From Octopus bimaculoides (Eukaryota): a stretch of DNA of 38,918 nucleotides. This document shows positions 1 to 11,849 of the stretch, piece by piece. A model generated the notes under the pieces. That model did not search any database. It was not told where the DNA came from and saw nothing but the letters and a program-made list of their open reading frames with translations. The stretch spans positions 64,453,641-64,492,558 of the forward strand of contig NC_068981.1 in NCBI RefSeq assembly GCF_001194135.2. Direction: 5' to 3'. Both the position numbers and the translations under genes were made by a program. Numbering within the stretch: the first letter of the stretch is position 1; the number at the start of each line of letters is the position of its first letter.

Positions 1-10
1 TATATATATA

Positions 11-996
11 TATATTTCTGCGTATAAGATGACCGTTAAATCCTAAAATTTACCCTAAAAATTTGGGATCTTATACCACAATTCTAAGAATCAAACTTTG
101 AATTTAGTGATTTTATAAGTAAGCTAACCTCGGCCCTGATGCAGTAACCGCAGTCATACGTGAACAGATTAACAAAATACAAAAAAAAAAACACTATAAT
201 ATAGGTAATAAAAACATTTTTATTTAATATATTATTGGCATATCTTGATAATAAATAGCCTATTCGAGAGGTAATTCTATATCATTGAAATCAACTCTTA
301 TCTATGCGAGCTCGGCTGAGAAAATGTAAACATCGAGTCATGGTTACGTTCACAGTAACCTTTATCTTTCACTAACCTTTCAAAAATTTTAATGGTGATG
401 TATAACTGTAGAAGAACGTATGTAGTTATTTAGAACATTTAGACGAAAATATTTATATCTTTTATAAAATATCTATTATCGAATGTCTCGCAGCAGCACA
501 CTTGTTCGAACTCTTGGCTAGTTCAGTAACTTCCAATTTGAAACTCGCCTCATATTTTCCCCTTTTTGCTGGTGGTTGCATAAAGGTATGGGTATAAAAT
601 GATTATAAATTTCACTTGACTAAACAGTTTGTGATTTTATATGAAGTACGGGTAAAATGGTTTATTAATACTCCAGGTTGACTGTAACTGTTTCGAACAT
701 TTCAGTCATATGAACCACCATTATCGTGTTGCTGTTAGCGGTTGCTATGATAGCGATAAAGTTTTGATAAAGAAGAGGAATCAAGTTCTCTTTTAGGTGA
801 CGTGTGTATGAAAAAACATGATATAGAAACAGATTTGTTATTTCGTATATTTTAATTTCTAAGTAAAAATAAAACAACATTTGTAATAACATCATCTTTA
901 CATGATCACTATTTCTAAAGAGACATGTTGCAAAAGCTAGCCCTGTACACAGATAGCTTTGTAATTTAGCAATCGTCTTATACACGAAATATACGG
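11..996 (-). mobile_element. pogo/Tc2-type DNA transposon, internally deleted non-autonomous derivative (~1 kb)
   Basis: Imperfect TIRs: left tatatttctgcgtataagatgac (11-33) matches the reverse complement of the right end gtcttatacacgaaatatacgg (975-996). CCGTA...TACGG termini are typical of Tc2/pogo. A transposase N-terminus lies inside on the minus strand. The left terminus runs into (TA)n at the window edge. Confidence 0.75.
483..581 (-). pseudogene. Pogo-like transposase N-terminal Brinker-type HTH DNA-binding domain remnant
   Basis: Manual translation gives MQPPAKRGKYEASFKLEVTELAKSSNKCAAARH, then frameshift and stop. This matches the recalled pogo BrkDBD pattern (Y..sFKL.V.e.A....n.aAAR.F). 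Confidence 0.7.
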
Positions 997-1721
997 TGTA
1001 TGCATATATGTGAGCGTGTGTGTACACATGCATATTTAGATATATCAATATATATATATATATATATATCAATATATATATATATATATATATNNNNNNN
1101 NNNNNNNNNNNNNNNNNNNNNNNNNNNNNNNNNNNNNNNNNNNNNNNNNNNNNNNNNNNNNNNNNNNNNNNNNNNNNNNNNNNNNNNNNNNNNNNNNNNN
1201 NNNNNNNNNNNNNNNNNNNNNNNNNNNNNNNNNNNNNNNNNNNNNNNNNNNNNNNNNNNNNNNNNNNNNNNNNNNNNNNNNNNNNNNNNNNNNNNNNNNN
1301 NNNNNNNNNNNNNNNNNNNNNNNNNNNNNNNNNNNNNNNNNNNNNNNNNNNNNNNNNNNNNNNNNNNNNNNNNNNNNNNNNNNNNNNNNNNNNNNNNNNN
1401 NNNNNNNNNNNNNNNNNNNNNNNNNNNNNNNNNNNNNNNNNNNNNNNNNNNNNNNNNNNNNNNNNNNNNNNNNNNNNNNNNNNNNNNNNNNNNNNNNNNN
1501 NNNNNNNNNNNNNNNNNNNNNNNNNNNNNNNNNNNNNNNNNNNNNNNNNNNNNNNNNNNNNNNNNNNNNNNNNNATCATTGGAACAAGGTGTCGTTAGGT
1601 CAAAATAGTAAACCAAAACATGAAAAATCAGAACAAGAACAATAAAAATAACAAATAGCATAAACAACAAACTAATAAAAAAATGAAATTTAAGCGGCTG
1701 CAATCTTTTTAATGTTTCCGA

Positions 1722-1744
<23 letters not shown>

Positions 1745-1752
<8 letters not shown>

Positions 1753-1815
1753 CACATACATACATACATACATACATACATACATACATACATACATACA
1801 TACATACATACGCAC
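1745..1815. repeat. (TA)n/(TACA)n microsatellite
   Basis: Direct reading. Confidence 0.95.
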
Positions 1816-1965
1816 ACACATATATATGATGTAATCTTGTACACATATACATGTCACTAACGTGTATATATAAACATATATATATATATACATACACAGA
1901 AACAACAATTAATACTCATTAGAGATAATGATATTAAAGCTAAAACCGTATAGGCAAAATTACTA

Positions 1966-2274
1966 GATATATATAAAAGAACTATATATAACTCGGGCGC
2001 ATGTTTTAAAGACACCAGCTTTGCTAAAAATAGGAGTCAATTCACTCCGAAACTACATAAGTTAACACTATATCTTCACAGGCATGGTTGGAGAATAAAT
2101 TAAGTGAATAAATGAAATAAGACGGAATCCGGGTTTTACTTAATTTTTTTCCAGCTATGCTTGTGAATATATACTGTTATATTTTGCGTCTTCGGAGTGT
2201 TTTGACTCCTACCTTTAGCAAAGCAGGTGTCTTTTAAAAAAGCGCCCTTGTTATATATAATTCTTATATATATC
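1966..2274. mobile_element. Foldback/palindromic MITE-like element (~140-bp inverted arms, short spacer)
   Basis: Left arm gatatatataaaagaactatatataactcgggcgcatgttttaaagacaccagctttgctaaaaataggagtcaattcactccgaa... matches the reverse complement of the right arm ...ttcggagtgttttgactcctacctttagcaaagcaggtgtcttttaaaaaagcgcccttgttatatataattcttatatatatc. Similarity continues inward to about 2110/2135. Confidence 0.8.
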
Positions 2275-2850
2275 ATTGCTGCCCATTGTGGTCTCCCCAT
2301 ACAAAACAAAACATCCTGAGGATTGAATCACTCCAGAGGGCACTCACTAAACGAATTGAAGGCATGACTGATTTCGATTACTGGGACCGCCTTAAAGCCT
2401 TGAAACGCTACTCTGTTCAGCCCCTCCGCGAGCAGTATATCATTTGTACGATGTGGAGAATATACAACCAGCATTGCCCAAACGACCTGAACATTAGTTT
2501 CAAGATTCATCCAAGGCTAGGACGACGGGCCACACGTCTCCTGCCCGATTCAGGATCACAACATACTGGTACACTGCGACATAATTTCTTTTCTTCAACA
2601 GGCCCTGCCCTGTTTAACATTCTCCCAAAAGAGATAAAAGAAGAAAAGGATCCTATCAGCTTTAAACGGAGTCTGGACAGATTTCTTCAAGGAATACCAG
2701 ATAAAGCCACCCATACCTGGATACAACTCACTACTTGAATGGACCATAAACAAACTTGATTTAAAGAGGATTTAGATAATCCTATCAGGTGGTGCTATTA
2801 AGTTAGACATGGCCTGGACCAATCTTTGGTCGAAACATATCTAAGTTTTA
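2275..2850 (+). mobile_element. 5'-truncated CR1/L2-type LINE: ORF2 C-terminus plus 3' UTR
   Basis: ORF 2286-2738 with upstream HCCPLWSP: WSPHTKQNILRIESLQRALTKRIEGMTDFDYWDRLKALKRYS...GPALFNILPKEIK...SFKRSLDRFL. This is the classic post-RT C-terminus of CR1/L2/Jockey-group LINEs. Confidence 0.85.
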
Positions 2851-2940
2851 ACTATGTTATATATATATAGGATGTGTGTGTATGTGTGTCTGTATGTGTC
2901 TGTGTGGATATTTGGATGTGCGTATCTTTTATCTATGGCT

Positions 2941-3120
2941 CGTTTCACTTGTTTTGACTGTGGCATGCTGGGGCAGCACCTTGACGAATTTTAGTCGAAC
3001 GAATCAACCCCAGTATATTTTTTAAAACTCTGATACTTATTCTATCGGTCCCTTTTGCCAAATCAATATGTTACGGGGACGAAACACTCCAACACACGTT
3101 GTCAAGCAGTGCTGGGGGAT
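2941..3120 (-). mobile_element. SINE family B, 3' half
   Basis: Reverse-complement similarity to 29470-29660 (ttgacaac..ccccgtaac..ggcaaaag.gaccgatagaataagta..tcgactaa..ccagcatg..cagtcaaa). Confidence 0.75.
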
Positions 3121-3169
3121 AAATACAGTGATGGAAGAGAAATACAGTGGTGGAGGGCAAATATAACAT

Positions 3170-3221
3170 AGAGAGAGAGAGAGAGAGATAAACAAACAGA
3201 CCGACAGGCAGACAGACAGAC

Positions 3222-3271
<50 letters not shown>

Positions 3272-3292
3272 GGAGAGAAAGAGAGACAGAGA
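3170..3292. repeat. Compound (GA)n(GACA)n(GATA)n microsatellite
   Basis: Direct reading. Confidence 0.95.
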
Positions 3293-3953
3293 TACAATCG
3301 TACATACGGCGTTGTTTCCTTGATGAAACTTTGTGGGTAAGTGGATGCTAATATAATTAACAGATTTACACAGAATTTTATTTATCCTATTTCGCATTTC
3401 ACTATTTCGCCCGATGAAAATTATCTTTCCTTTTTCAGCTGGTACGAACTTAATCAAAGTTGTTTTGGGAGAGTTATAAAAATCGACGATAGATTACTCG
3501 AAGTGTAGAGCTCGTTTTCCGGAGATAAAACTCGCATGCGCCCCTGAGCGGAATTGAAACTGTCGATGAAGCTTCCTAGAAGGTCTCTCGTAATGTGTCT
3601 TTCTATGTGCTTGTTCTTCTCTTTCTGATAACCATATTTATAAATATAACAAAAGACGATGTAGAGGGATGATCAGTGATATATAATTAGCTTTCAGAAT
3701 CCCTTCAAATAGACATCTTTGAGAAATTATAAGCCAATAATGTTTTTACGATTTTCAGTATCTAACATGAGATTTTATGAATAGAAAGAAATCTATAATC
3801 TTTTCCAATACTATACGATTTAAATAAGGTAGTATGGAATCTACATTCATTTAAGACATTAGAACGTTACAGTAAACTTCGACTGTTTTGATAGTTTTCA
3901 CACCACCACATTCATCACTACAATTCTTTGCGCTATCTTTGTCTCTGTCTATC

Positions 3954-3990
<37 letters not shown>

Positions 3991-4394
3991 CATTTTCTTN
4001 NNNNNNNNNTATATATATATATATATATATATTTCATTTTCTTGCAAACTACATATCTCTCTTGTTTCCATCTCATTTTCCATCTCTGTTTCTGTCCTAC
4101 AATCCCCGAGAGTGATACAGCGTAAGAGACTGAAAGACAGACAGATGGAAAGATTATAGAGAGACTGAAGAGGGAAACAAATAAAAGTTTGATGACATAC
4201 AAACGTACTATCACCATCATCCCCCTCGCAATCTTCACCCTATTGCACTTTGTGTATGTCTCTCTCTTCATATATGTTTCCCATTTTCTATGTCTGTCTA
4301 TTCCACTGTTCTAAATATAGATTGATAGATAAAAAGAAACCAGATTGATACAAATAAACCATTTCAATTGTCTACTTCTTTCTCGACAGACAAT

Positions 4395-4432
4395 AAGCTC
4401 TGATTTGACGGAGATTTGGCAGCAAATTCTCA
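4395..4432 (+). repeat. Old interspersed repeat family D, fragment
   Basis: tctgatttgacggagatttggcagcaaattctc resembles motifs at about 11585, 20790 and 21075. Confidence 0.35.
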
Positions 4433-5231
4433 AAAAAAAATGTTTTACAAACCTTCACTCTGGGATATAGAATAGCATATATCTGATTTTATTGTTGTTG
4501 TTTTTGAAGTTTTCGGATATATAGCGTTCACATATATAGACCTACGGTAACACAGTAATCGGTTTACACAATTTCACTTTAGCACCGATTTCGTTTCGGC
4601 TGATTCTTTTTGTTTTTACTTTACTTGTACCATTTCGTCATTTCCGCTTCATTTTTTCCATTTCGTTTTATTTTACATTCATATTACTATTTCAAAAATG
4701 AAGTAGATCTCACTTTCTATCATTTCATCCCACAACCTCAGTCTCCTTTGCTTTAAGACTACATATATATACTCAATTTCGGCCTCCATTATCATTATTA
4801 TTCCTGAGCAACATTGCACTGATATGAGTTTTCTTTCCTTGAATACAGATCCTCATCCTAAAACATCAAAATATTTTACTTTTCCTGATACAACGATATC
4901 ATTTTACTTTCAACCTACCCAATTGTAATGCTTCTGTGCATGTCAATGTAGCATTTATTTTTAATTACTGCATAGCTAATATATTTCTTTATTCTCCAAC
5001 ACATTTATCAGTCACTGCCTACTCTTTCTGCATGTTTCTGTATCAGCTTCTCTTTCTCTTTCTGTCTCTGTCATTCTCTCTCTCCCTCTCTATCTATTTT
5101 TCTCTCTCTCTCTTTCTGTCTCTCTCTTTCTCTCATTTCTTTTTACCTTTCACCCACTTTACACTCATCAGTTATATTTCTTACGTACATTGTCTCTGGG
5201 TAGGCAATTTAAATATCCATATTCTGGTAGA

Positions 5232-5455
5232 AACTTTGCAGAATCGTTTGCATGCCGGACAAAATGCTTAGCAGTATTTCGTCTGTCTTTACCTTCAAAG
5301 TTCAAATTAAGCTGAGGTCGGTTTTACCTTTCACCGGGATCGACTTTGCTTTCCATCATTTCGGGGTCGATAAAATAAACATTAATTGAAAACTAGGGTC
5401 GCCTTTATCCCCTTTCCCAAACCTACTGGCATTGTGCCAGAATTTGGAGCTAATA
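5232..5455 (+). mobile_element. SINE family A (diverged copy)
   Basis: gcagaatcgtttgcatgccggacaaaatgcttagcagtatttcgtc..gttcaaatt..gaggtcg..ttcggggtcgataaaata, homologous to 37583-37760. Confidence 0.8.
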
Positions 5456-7084
5456 TTTTGGTAGAATAAGTGGGGATGTTTCTACTGTTAAAAGCGGTGG
5501 TGTAAGTGTTCATAATTTGGTTAGACTAGTTACAGTAATAGATTACATTTGTTAATACCGTCGGTTTTAGTAAAGATAATGATAATGTTAGATATATTTA
5601 CATAGGTTTTTTGTTTCATATTCGAAATAACACACATGCAGAGACATACAGTTATGCAGAACGACGCGCACTAAGTGGTTTGTCAGATATTGTCTACATC
5701 CTGGCATTTCAGACGCCATTAAAAGGCACTATAATCCTTCCATTTTCTCGAAACGTTTTATATACCATTTTTCTGAAACGCTATCTTTCCGCTATTTTCT
5801 CTGTCATCTATCAATTACGTCATAAATATACTGGCTTTATTATCAATTTCTTTATTGCGTACTGAATGTCAGAGCTGTCCTTAACGTTACAGATTCATGT
5901 TTACGAGTTGATAACTAGGTATAGATAAGTGTCCGCACGCACATATATACGCATACAAACAAACATGCACATATGAATAGGATAGACATACATGCATACA
6001 CACATGCACATACGTACACACACATACACACACATGTATATATATATCTGTTCTTAATTGTATGTAAACAGCAAAGGACTCAATCTGAGATGTAGCTTTA
6101 AATACGTGTTATAGAAAAGCTGACATTTACTTCGAAGTTTTTGCTGAAGACAACTTGAGAAACCAGTCTTTTGCAAAACTTCTATCTAATAGTCTATTTG
6201 TACATATATTACGTATGTGTGTGGAGGTGTGTTGTATATAGAGATCCTGTATTGGTATACCAAATATAAATGGCGCTTTTATACAGTAAGATATAAAGAC
6301 GAAATCATTATTGATTCAGAAATATATTAAAAGTCCCTGACACTTTGGCCTCACCAACAATAGGTAAATATTTGGATCGTCATCTCAATGCGAGTCCTGT
6401 CCAAATTTGTGTTGTACGAGAAATTTGATAAAACCATTCCGGTTTCATGTAAATTATCTCCAACCGCATTCAGGAAAAATATATTGATTTTTTAAAATAA
6501 ATCCTCATGCTTTCTATGATCAATGGTCAAATCGTGACGAAGTCACTTTCATTTCTCCTCATTTCAGAATCGATAAAGAACTGCGATCGACGGACACGAT
6601 AAGCAATTAAAAATACAAACAAAGGAAACACAGCTGAAAAAAAAAATGCATCAATATCTCGTTAAGAGCTATAAAAGATGTCGACTGATAACTCGAACTT
6701 CCAGATAAGCATAGATATATACTATACTAGGAACACATTACCCAGCATATGTTTCCATATGTAAAACAATGAACTATGGTTCGAGAGAGATTTGGATTTT
6801 TTTCGGTACGATCGACTATGCAGAAGCTGTCATATTTGTCCGCCTTGCCCACATATTGTTCCACTGTAAAACATCGACGTAACAAATCGTTCAACTGACT
6901 ATCAACCATTTGACCTCAAGAGACTGGACCGTGTTACCGAGACTGTGGATACTGATATTTTCCCTGGAAACAATTAAGGTATAGAAATGCACATATAAAG
7001 ATATCAGATAAAACAGAACCCAAAGAGACCGGTGTCGAGATGCGTCTGCAAAATTTGCATTATTCGGAGACACAAAAAGAGTGA

Positions 7085-7200
7085 AGTGAAATTAAACAAA
7101 ATAAAGTAATAGAGAGTCGAGCATCTGACATTTTGGACGTAGTCCTTCTTCAGGATAAAGATAAGATGACAGCAGGTAAATGAATGAAAGACAGCAGGAT
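7085..7200 (-). mobile_element. Penelope-like element pseudo-LTR remnant with decayed hammerhead-like motif
   Basis: Minus strand reads cCTGAAGAa-ggac-tac-gtcc-aaaatgtcag. This differs from the PLE-type motif CTGAAGAAGG..CCGAAACGTC by two CpG-type transitions. Confidence 0.45.
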
Positions 7201-7495
7201 TTTACATCCTTTAGGTTTAAGTTATATATATGTCTTTATGTGACTAACTGTTACTGTTTCAGATACAGCCCGAAGTTTTGTCAGTGAACAGGTTGCGGTT
7301 TCAAAGCGATGAAAATATTTTGACACAAATTAGATTTAAATGTTGAAGTGAAACTAACGGTTTTTGCGTATTCTTAAATGAGCTACAAACATCTTCCACG
7401 CTGCAATTGTTTTTGTTTCAGCACACGATCTCAGATCAAGTCACTTGCTACGCAAGTATATCTCTGTAAATATATATACACACCTTTAAGATGTA

Positions 7496-8726
7496 TTGAG
7501 TTGGCCAGAAAATAATTTCGAATTTTTAGTATGAAATAAAAGTCATTTTTTTTTTCATACAAAGAATGAACTTTAATTAATTATATATTTTCCATTTTGT
7601 TTGATGACCTTTTGTCATCTTTCTGGCAACTTCATGATTCCGCGCTCATAGAACTTCTGGTCCTTATCAGTGAAAAATTGAAGCAAGTGCGATTTCAGGT
7701 CATCATCATTATTAAAAGTTTTACCATTTAAAAAAATGTGCATACTTCGAAATAAATGCTTATCTGATGGTACAAGGTCAAGGTTATATGGTGGTTGTGA
7801 TATTAATTCCCAACCAAGCTCGAATAATTTATCACGAATTAGCAAAGACGTCTAGCGTTGTTATGGAGGAACACGATTCCTTTACGATTTACCAATTCTG
7901 GCTGTTTTTCTTTGATTACTTCCTCCAGTTTCATTGTTGAAAGTAAATATCTCATCTGAATTGATGATTTGGTTCCTTGAAAGGAGCTCAAGATAAACAA
8001 TACCTTTGCAATCCCATAAATTGACAACATCACATTTTTTAATGCAATTCAGCTTTCTATATGGCTTGTGCTGTTTCATTACTCTTGGACCATGATCGTT
8101 TTCGATTCATGTTATTGTAGATAATCAATTTTTCATCACCAGTTCAAAATCAGGTTGATTTCATTGCATTTGAGATTCGATGTGTTAAGTGAATCTTTTT
8201 CAATTTATGTAGAACCCAAATATCGAGCTTCTTAACGAGTCCAAGACATTTCAAGTAATTTTAAATTGTTTTGTGTGATACATTTAACTTCTCTACAACC
8301 TCACGCACAGTTATATAACAATCAGATTGATTCGGTCATCATCAACTCCAGTAGGTTGACCAGAACGTTGGTCATCTTTGAGTGCAAAATCTCCAGAACG
8401 GAATTTTTAAAACCTTTTCTGACATGTACGTTCTGTTAAGCATTCAACACCATAAACTCCACGTATCTTTTTGTGAGCCTCAGCAGCTTTCTTACCTTTA
8501 CGGAAATAAAAAAGCAAAATACGGCGCAAAAAATGTTCGTTTTTGCACTCAATGTTAAAATTGACACTGAACTAACAGCTGTAAACAAAATTACGCGCAA
8601 AAAGAAAGCTAAAAGTAACGGCTATCAAATGTCAAAAAGAAAAAATCATAACATTGACAAAAGTCATTCAAAAAATCGTAACTCTATCTATTTGAGAAAA
8701 ATGAAATTACTTTCTTGCCAACCCAA
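7496..8726 (-). mobile_element. Near full-length decayed mariner (Tc1/mariner, Hsmar1/mellifera-like), ~1.23 kb
   Basis: TIRs ttgagttggccagaaaataatttc (7496-) and gaaattactttcttgccaacccaa (-8726), both flanked by TA. Minus-strand transposase pieces: LLFYFRKGKKAAEAHKKIRGVYG..ERTCQKRF*KFRSGDF (HTH) and LGWELISQPPYNLDLVPSDKHLFRSM..KFYERGIMKLPER (YSPDLAPSD region). Multiple stops and frameshifts. Confidence 0.92.
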
Positions 8727-8976
8727 TATACATACACATCTTAAAGATAGAGACAACGATTAAGATGTTCTAATAAGTCATCTCCCGTGACATGTATATT
8801 ATTTATTTATTTATTTCGAAATCGCGCACAGTCTCGTGTAAATTCGTGTATTCTCATCTTAAATGGAGACAAGTAACAATGTTCCAATGAGTTACGCTTG
8901 AACAGTTGTACATAACCTCTTTACATGAAACTATTGGAAGCATTGTTAACCAACATATAAAGTATATATGTGTGTG

Positions 8977-9080
8977 TATACTTATATGTGTGTGTATACT
9001 TATTTGTGTGTGTATACTTATATGTGTGTGTATACTTATTTGTGTGTGTATACTTATATGTGTGTGTATACTTATATATA
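8977..9080. repeat. 18-bp minisatellite (tatacttat[a/t]tgtgtgtg) x ~6
   Basis: Units start at 8977, 8995, 9013, 9031, 9049 and 9067. Confidence 0.9.
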
Positions 9081-9574
9081 TGTGTGCGTGTGTATCAGTA
9101 ATGTCTGCTGATACTACAGTCGTGCAAAGCAGCAATTCTAAGATTCTAGACCATATAAGTGATTTGCACTCTTTTAATAGTGGTCTCTCTTTAAAGTGGA
9201 AGAAAATCATTCATTCGAGTGGATTGTTGTTTTCAATAACTTTTATATCTTAAGCATGCTTTTTCGCACTCATCAGGTACGCATTTGCGACTGGGAAACT
9301 TTGAATAATGCTGGTTTACTAACTTTTAATACGTACATGTTCATATACATGTACGTACGTATGTATATATGTATTACGTATGTATGCATTATGTATGTAT
9401 GCGTGTATGTATATGTGCAAGATTTGTATGTTTTATCTTATGTATGTATTCTCATGCATATAGTTGCATGTCTAGATATGCTCATATATGCTTAGATATG
9501 TATGTATCTGTGTCTGTGTGTGTGTTTGTATGCGTGTGTGATCGTCTAGGCGAGTGTTTTTTTGTTTTTTGTTT

Positions 9575-9770
9575 TTGTAGATTAGCTTCAGGTTTAGCTT
9601 CGTCCTGATCAACTAAATGTATTTTCAAAGCCATTCTGATCGTGCGCAACGTATTATCTTTTGAGACCTAGTTTATTCAGCACAATATTTTCAATACCTA
9701 CTTCTGTCTATTATATACTTTTGAGACGGTAGGGTGCGACTTGAAACAGGTCGAACGCCTGACCAAACTC
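9575..9770 (+). repeat. Old interspersed repeat family D, fragment(s)
   Basis: gacggtagggtgcgacttgaaacagg resembles 20784 aaggtagggtctgatttcagagcag; upstream ttagcttcagg..cctgatc..tcaaagccattc resembles 11500 and 20975. Confidence 0.4.
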
Positions 9771-10116
9771 TCTCCCTCTCCTTTACTAGTACATAAGTGT
9801 GTGTATGTATGTGTGTGTGTGTGTTTGTTTGTTTGTGTGTGTGAGAGACAGAGAGAGGGAGGGAGAGTGTGTGTCTATATTCCTGTTTGGTTGAGGTGTG
9901 TATATGTACCAACCCATAATGCTCAATTCATACATATATACCGGGACGGAGTCAGGCATGTAATGTAAAACAAACAGAAACAAAGTGAAGTGTTGCGTGC
10001 TAAACTGTTGTTAAGTAATCTAAACTAAAATAGTTTGATTAACTTCTCCAAGCGAGAGATCACTTTTTCTTGTCTCTTCTTGAACACATTCAAGCTTGAC
10101 GATTTCAATTACTAAC

Positions 10117-10119
<3 letters not shown>

Positions 10120-10167
<48 letters not shown>

Positions 10168-10770
10168 TGAAAGAGAGGAAAAAGCTCTCCTCATCTCTCT
10201 CTCTCTCTTTCCTTCTCTCTCTTTCGCTCTCTCTCTCCCTCTTTCTCTCAATCTCTCTTTCAGCCTTCTGACATATGATTCCGGCTGGTATTATTGTTTT
10301 ACTAGTGATGATGATGACGACGACGACGATGATGTTGATGATGTTGATGATGATAAAGGTAGTGCCGGCTCTGGTAGCTGGCTGGCTGGCTGGCTTGCTG
10401 GTTGAGAGTGGTGATCGTGTTAGAGTTGTTAGTGATGGTAGTGCTGCTGTTGATGATTATGATATCGATGATGATGATCATCATTGTCATAATCATGATG
10501 ATGGTCATGATCATGACGATGTGATGGTGGTGGTGGTGGTAGTAGTTGTGATGATAATGTATTAGGACACACACATACACAAAAACACACAAACACAGAC
10601 ACAGACACGCAAACACATAAATATGCAGAATACATACATATAAATGCACACACATACAGCATGCATACGTATACATGCATACATACATACATGCCTGTAT
10701 ATGCACACATACGCACTAACCCACACGCATGCGTACAAACAAACAAATAGGAACGCAGTGTGAATAATAG
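10120..10770. repeat. Compound low-complexity block: (TG)n, (CT)n, (GAT)n, (GCTG)n, (CA)n
   Basis: Direct reading; source of His/Asp-rich pseudo-ORFs. Confidence 0.9.
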
Positions 10771-11435
10771 ACAGAGTCAAAGCTATTGAAAAGGTGGTAG
10801 GACGCAAACGAAAAATTTTAGAAAAATAAGGAAAGATATAAGTGGAAATTGTACCGGTGGGTGTGTTAAATTAAAAGGCACTAAAAGAGAATGACCCTCC
10901 CCAAGCACAACAGAATATGCTTCAACACACGAACTCACATAAACAATCTTGCAAACCAAATCGAAAGATTATATATGTATATATATTTATATATATATAT
11001 ATATNNNNNNNNNNNNNNNNNNNNNNNNNNNNNNNNNNNNNNNNNNNNNNNNNNNNNNNNNNNNNNNNNNNNNNNNNNNNNNNNNNNNNNNNNNNNNNNN
11101 NNNNNNNNNNNNNNNNNNNNNNNNNNNNNNNNNNNNNNNNNNNNNNNNNNNNNNNNNNNNNNNNNNNNNNNNNNNNNNNNNNNNNNNNNNNNNNNNNNNN
11201 NNNNNNNNNNNNNNNNNNNNNNNNNNNNNNNNNNNNNNNNNNNNNNNNNNNNNNNNNNNNNNNNNNNNNNNNNNNNNNNNNNNNNNNNNNNNNNNNNNNN
11301 NNNNNNNNNNNNNNNNNNNNNNNNNNNNNNNNNNNNNNNNNNNNNNNNNNNNNNNNNNNNNNNNNNNNNNNNNNNNNNNNNNNNNNNNNNNNNNNNNNNN
11401 NNNNNNNNNNNNNNNNNNNNNNNNNNNNNNNNNNN

Positions 11436-11466
<31 letters not shown>

Positions 11467-11484
11467 CTAATGTTTTTATAGGTT

Positions 11485-11635
11485 TTGTTGTTGATGTCGT
11501 TGTTTAGCTCTGGTCAGTCACACCTATGGTCAAATAGCCTTTCAAATATCGATGACTTCATCATGCAATATATCCTTTCTGATGGTAAGATTTAGCTGCT
11601 ATTTCTAACAGGTGAAGTGATTGTATAGAACCTTC
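11485..11635 (+). repeat. Old interspersed repeat family D
   Basis: gttgtttagctctggtcag..cctatggtcaaa..gatttagctgctatttctaacagg is shared with 20965-21120. Confidence 0.5.
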
Positions 11636-11849
11636 ATAATTCACATGAGTCTATAAATATTTGTATGTATGTGTGTATGCGTGTGTGTATATGTGTATGT
11701 ATGAATGTACGCATGTATGTATGTATATATGTACGTATGTATGTTTTTCCCTAACGCTTTTTGAGTTTAGAGTAAATTTTGACCGACCATCTAACTGGTA
11801 ACTAGGTTGTGAAGGGAAGCATCTTATTTAAATTATGATCCCTTAAATC

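Noticed and set aside
2800-2845. gacc-aatcttt-ggtc-GAAAC hairpin in the LINE 3' UTR as a hammerhead
   Set aside because: No CTGANGA core upstream; more simply the LINE 3' recognition stem-loop.
3337-3438. Canonical-looking 102-bp intron (GTAAGT ... ttttcAG)
   Set aside because: All three downstream frames stop within about 22 codons and no upstream exon is evident. Such motifs occur by chance in AT-rich DNA.
3960-4045. Apparent tandem duplication (TA)n-tttcattttctt on both sides of a 10-N gap
   Set aside because: Most likely an unmerged contig overlap, i.e. an assembly artefact.
6727-7075. Possible GIY-YIG (EQYVG) or piggyBac cysteine-rich remnants
   Set aside because: Only 4-5 residue resemblances in different frames; not enough to call.
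7270-7460. Segment resembling a recalled high-copy octopus repeat
   Set aside because: Single copy in this window with no TIR, TSD or coding evidence; recollection alone is insufficient.
8977-9080. CRISPR-like regular repeats
   Set aside because: No unique spacers and no cas genes; eukaryotic context.
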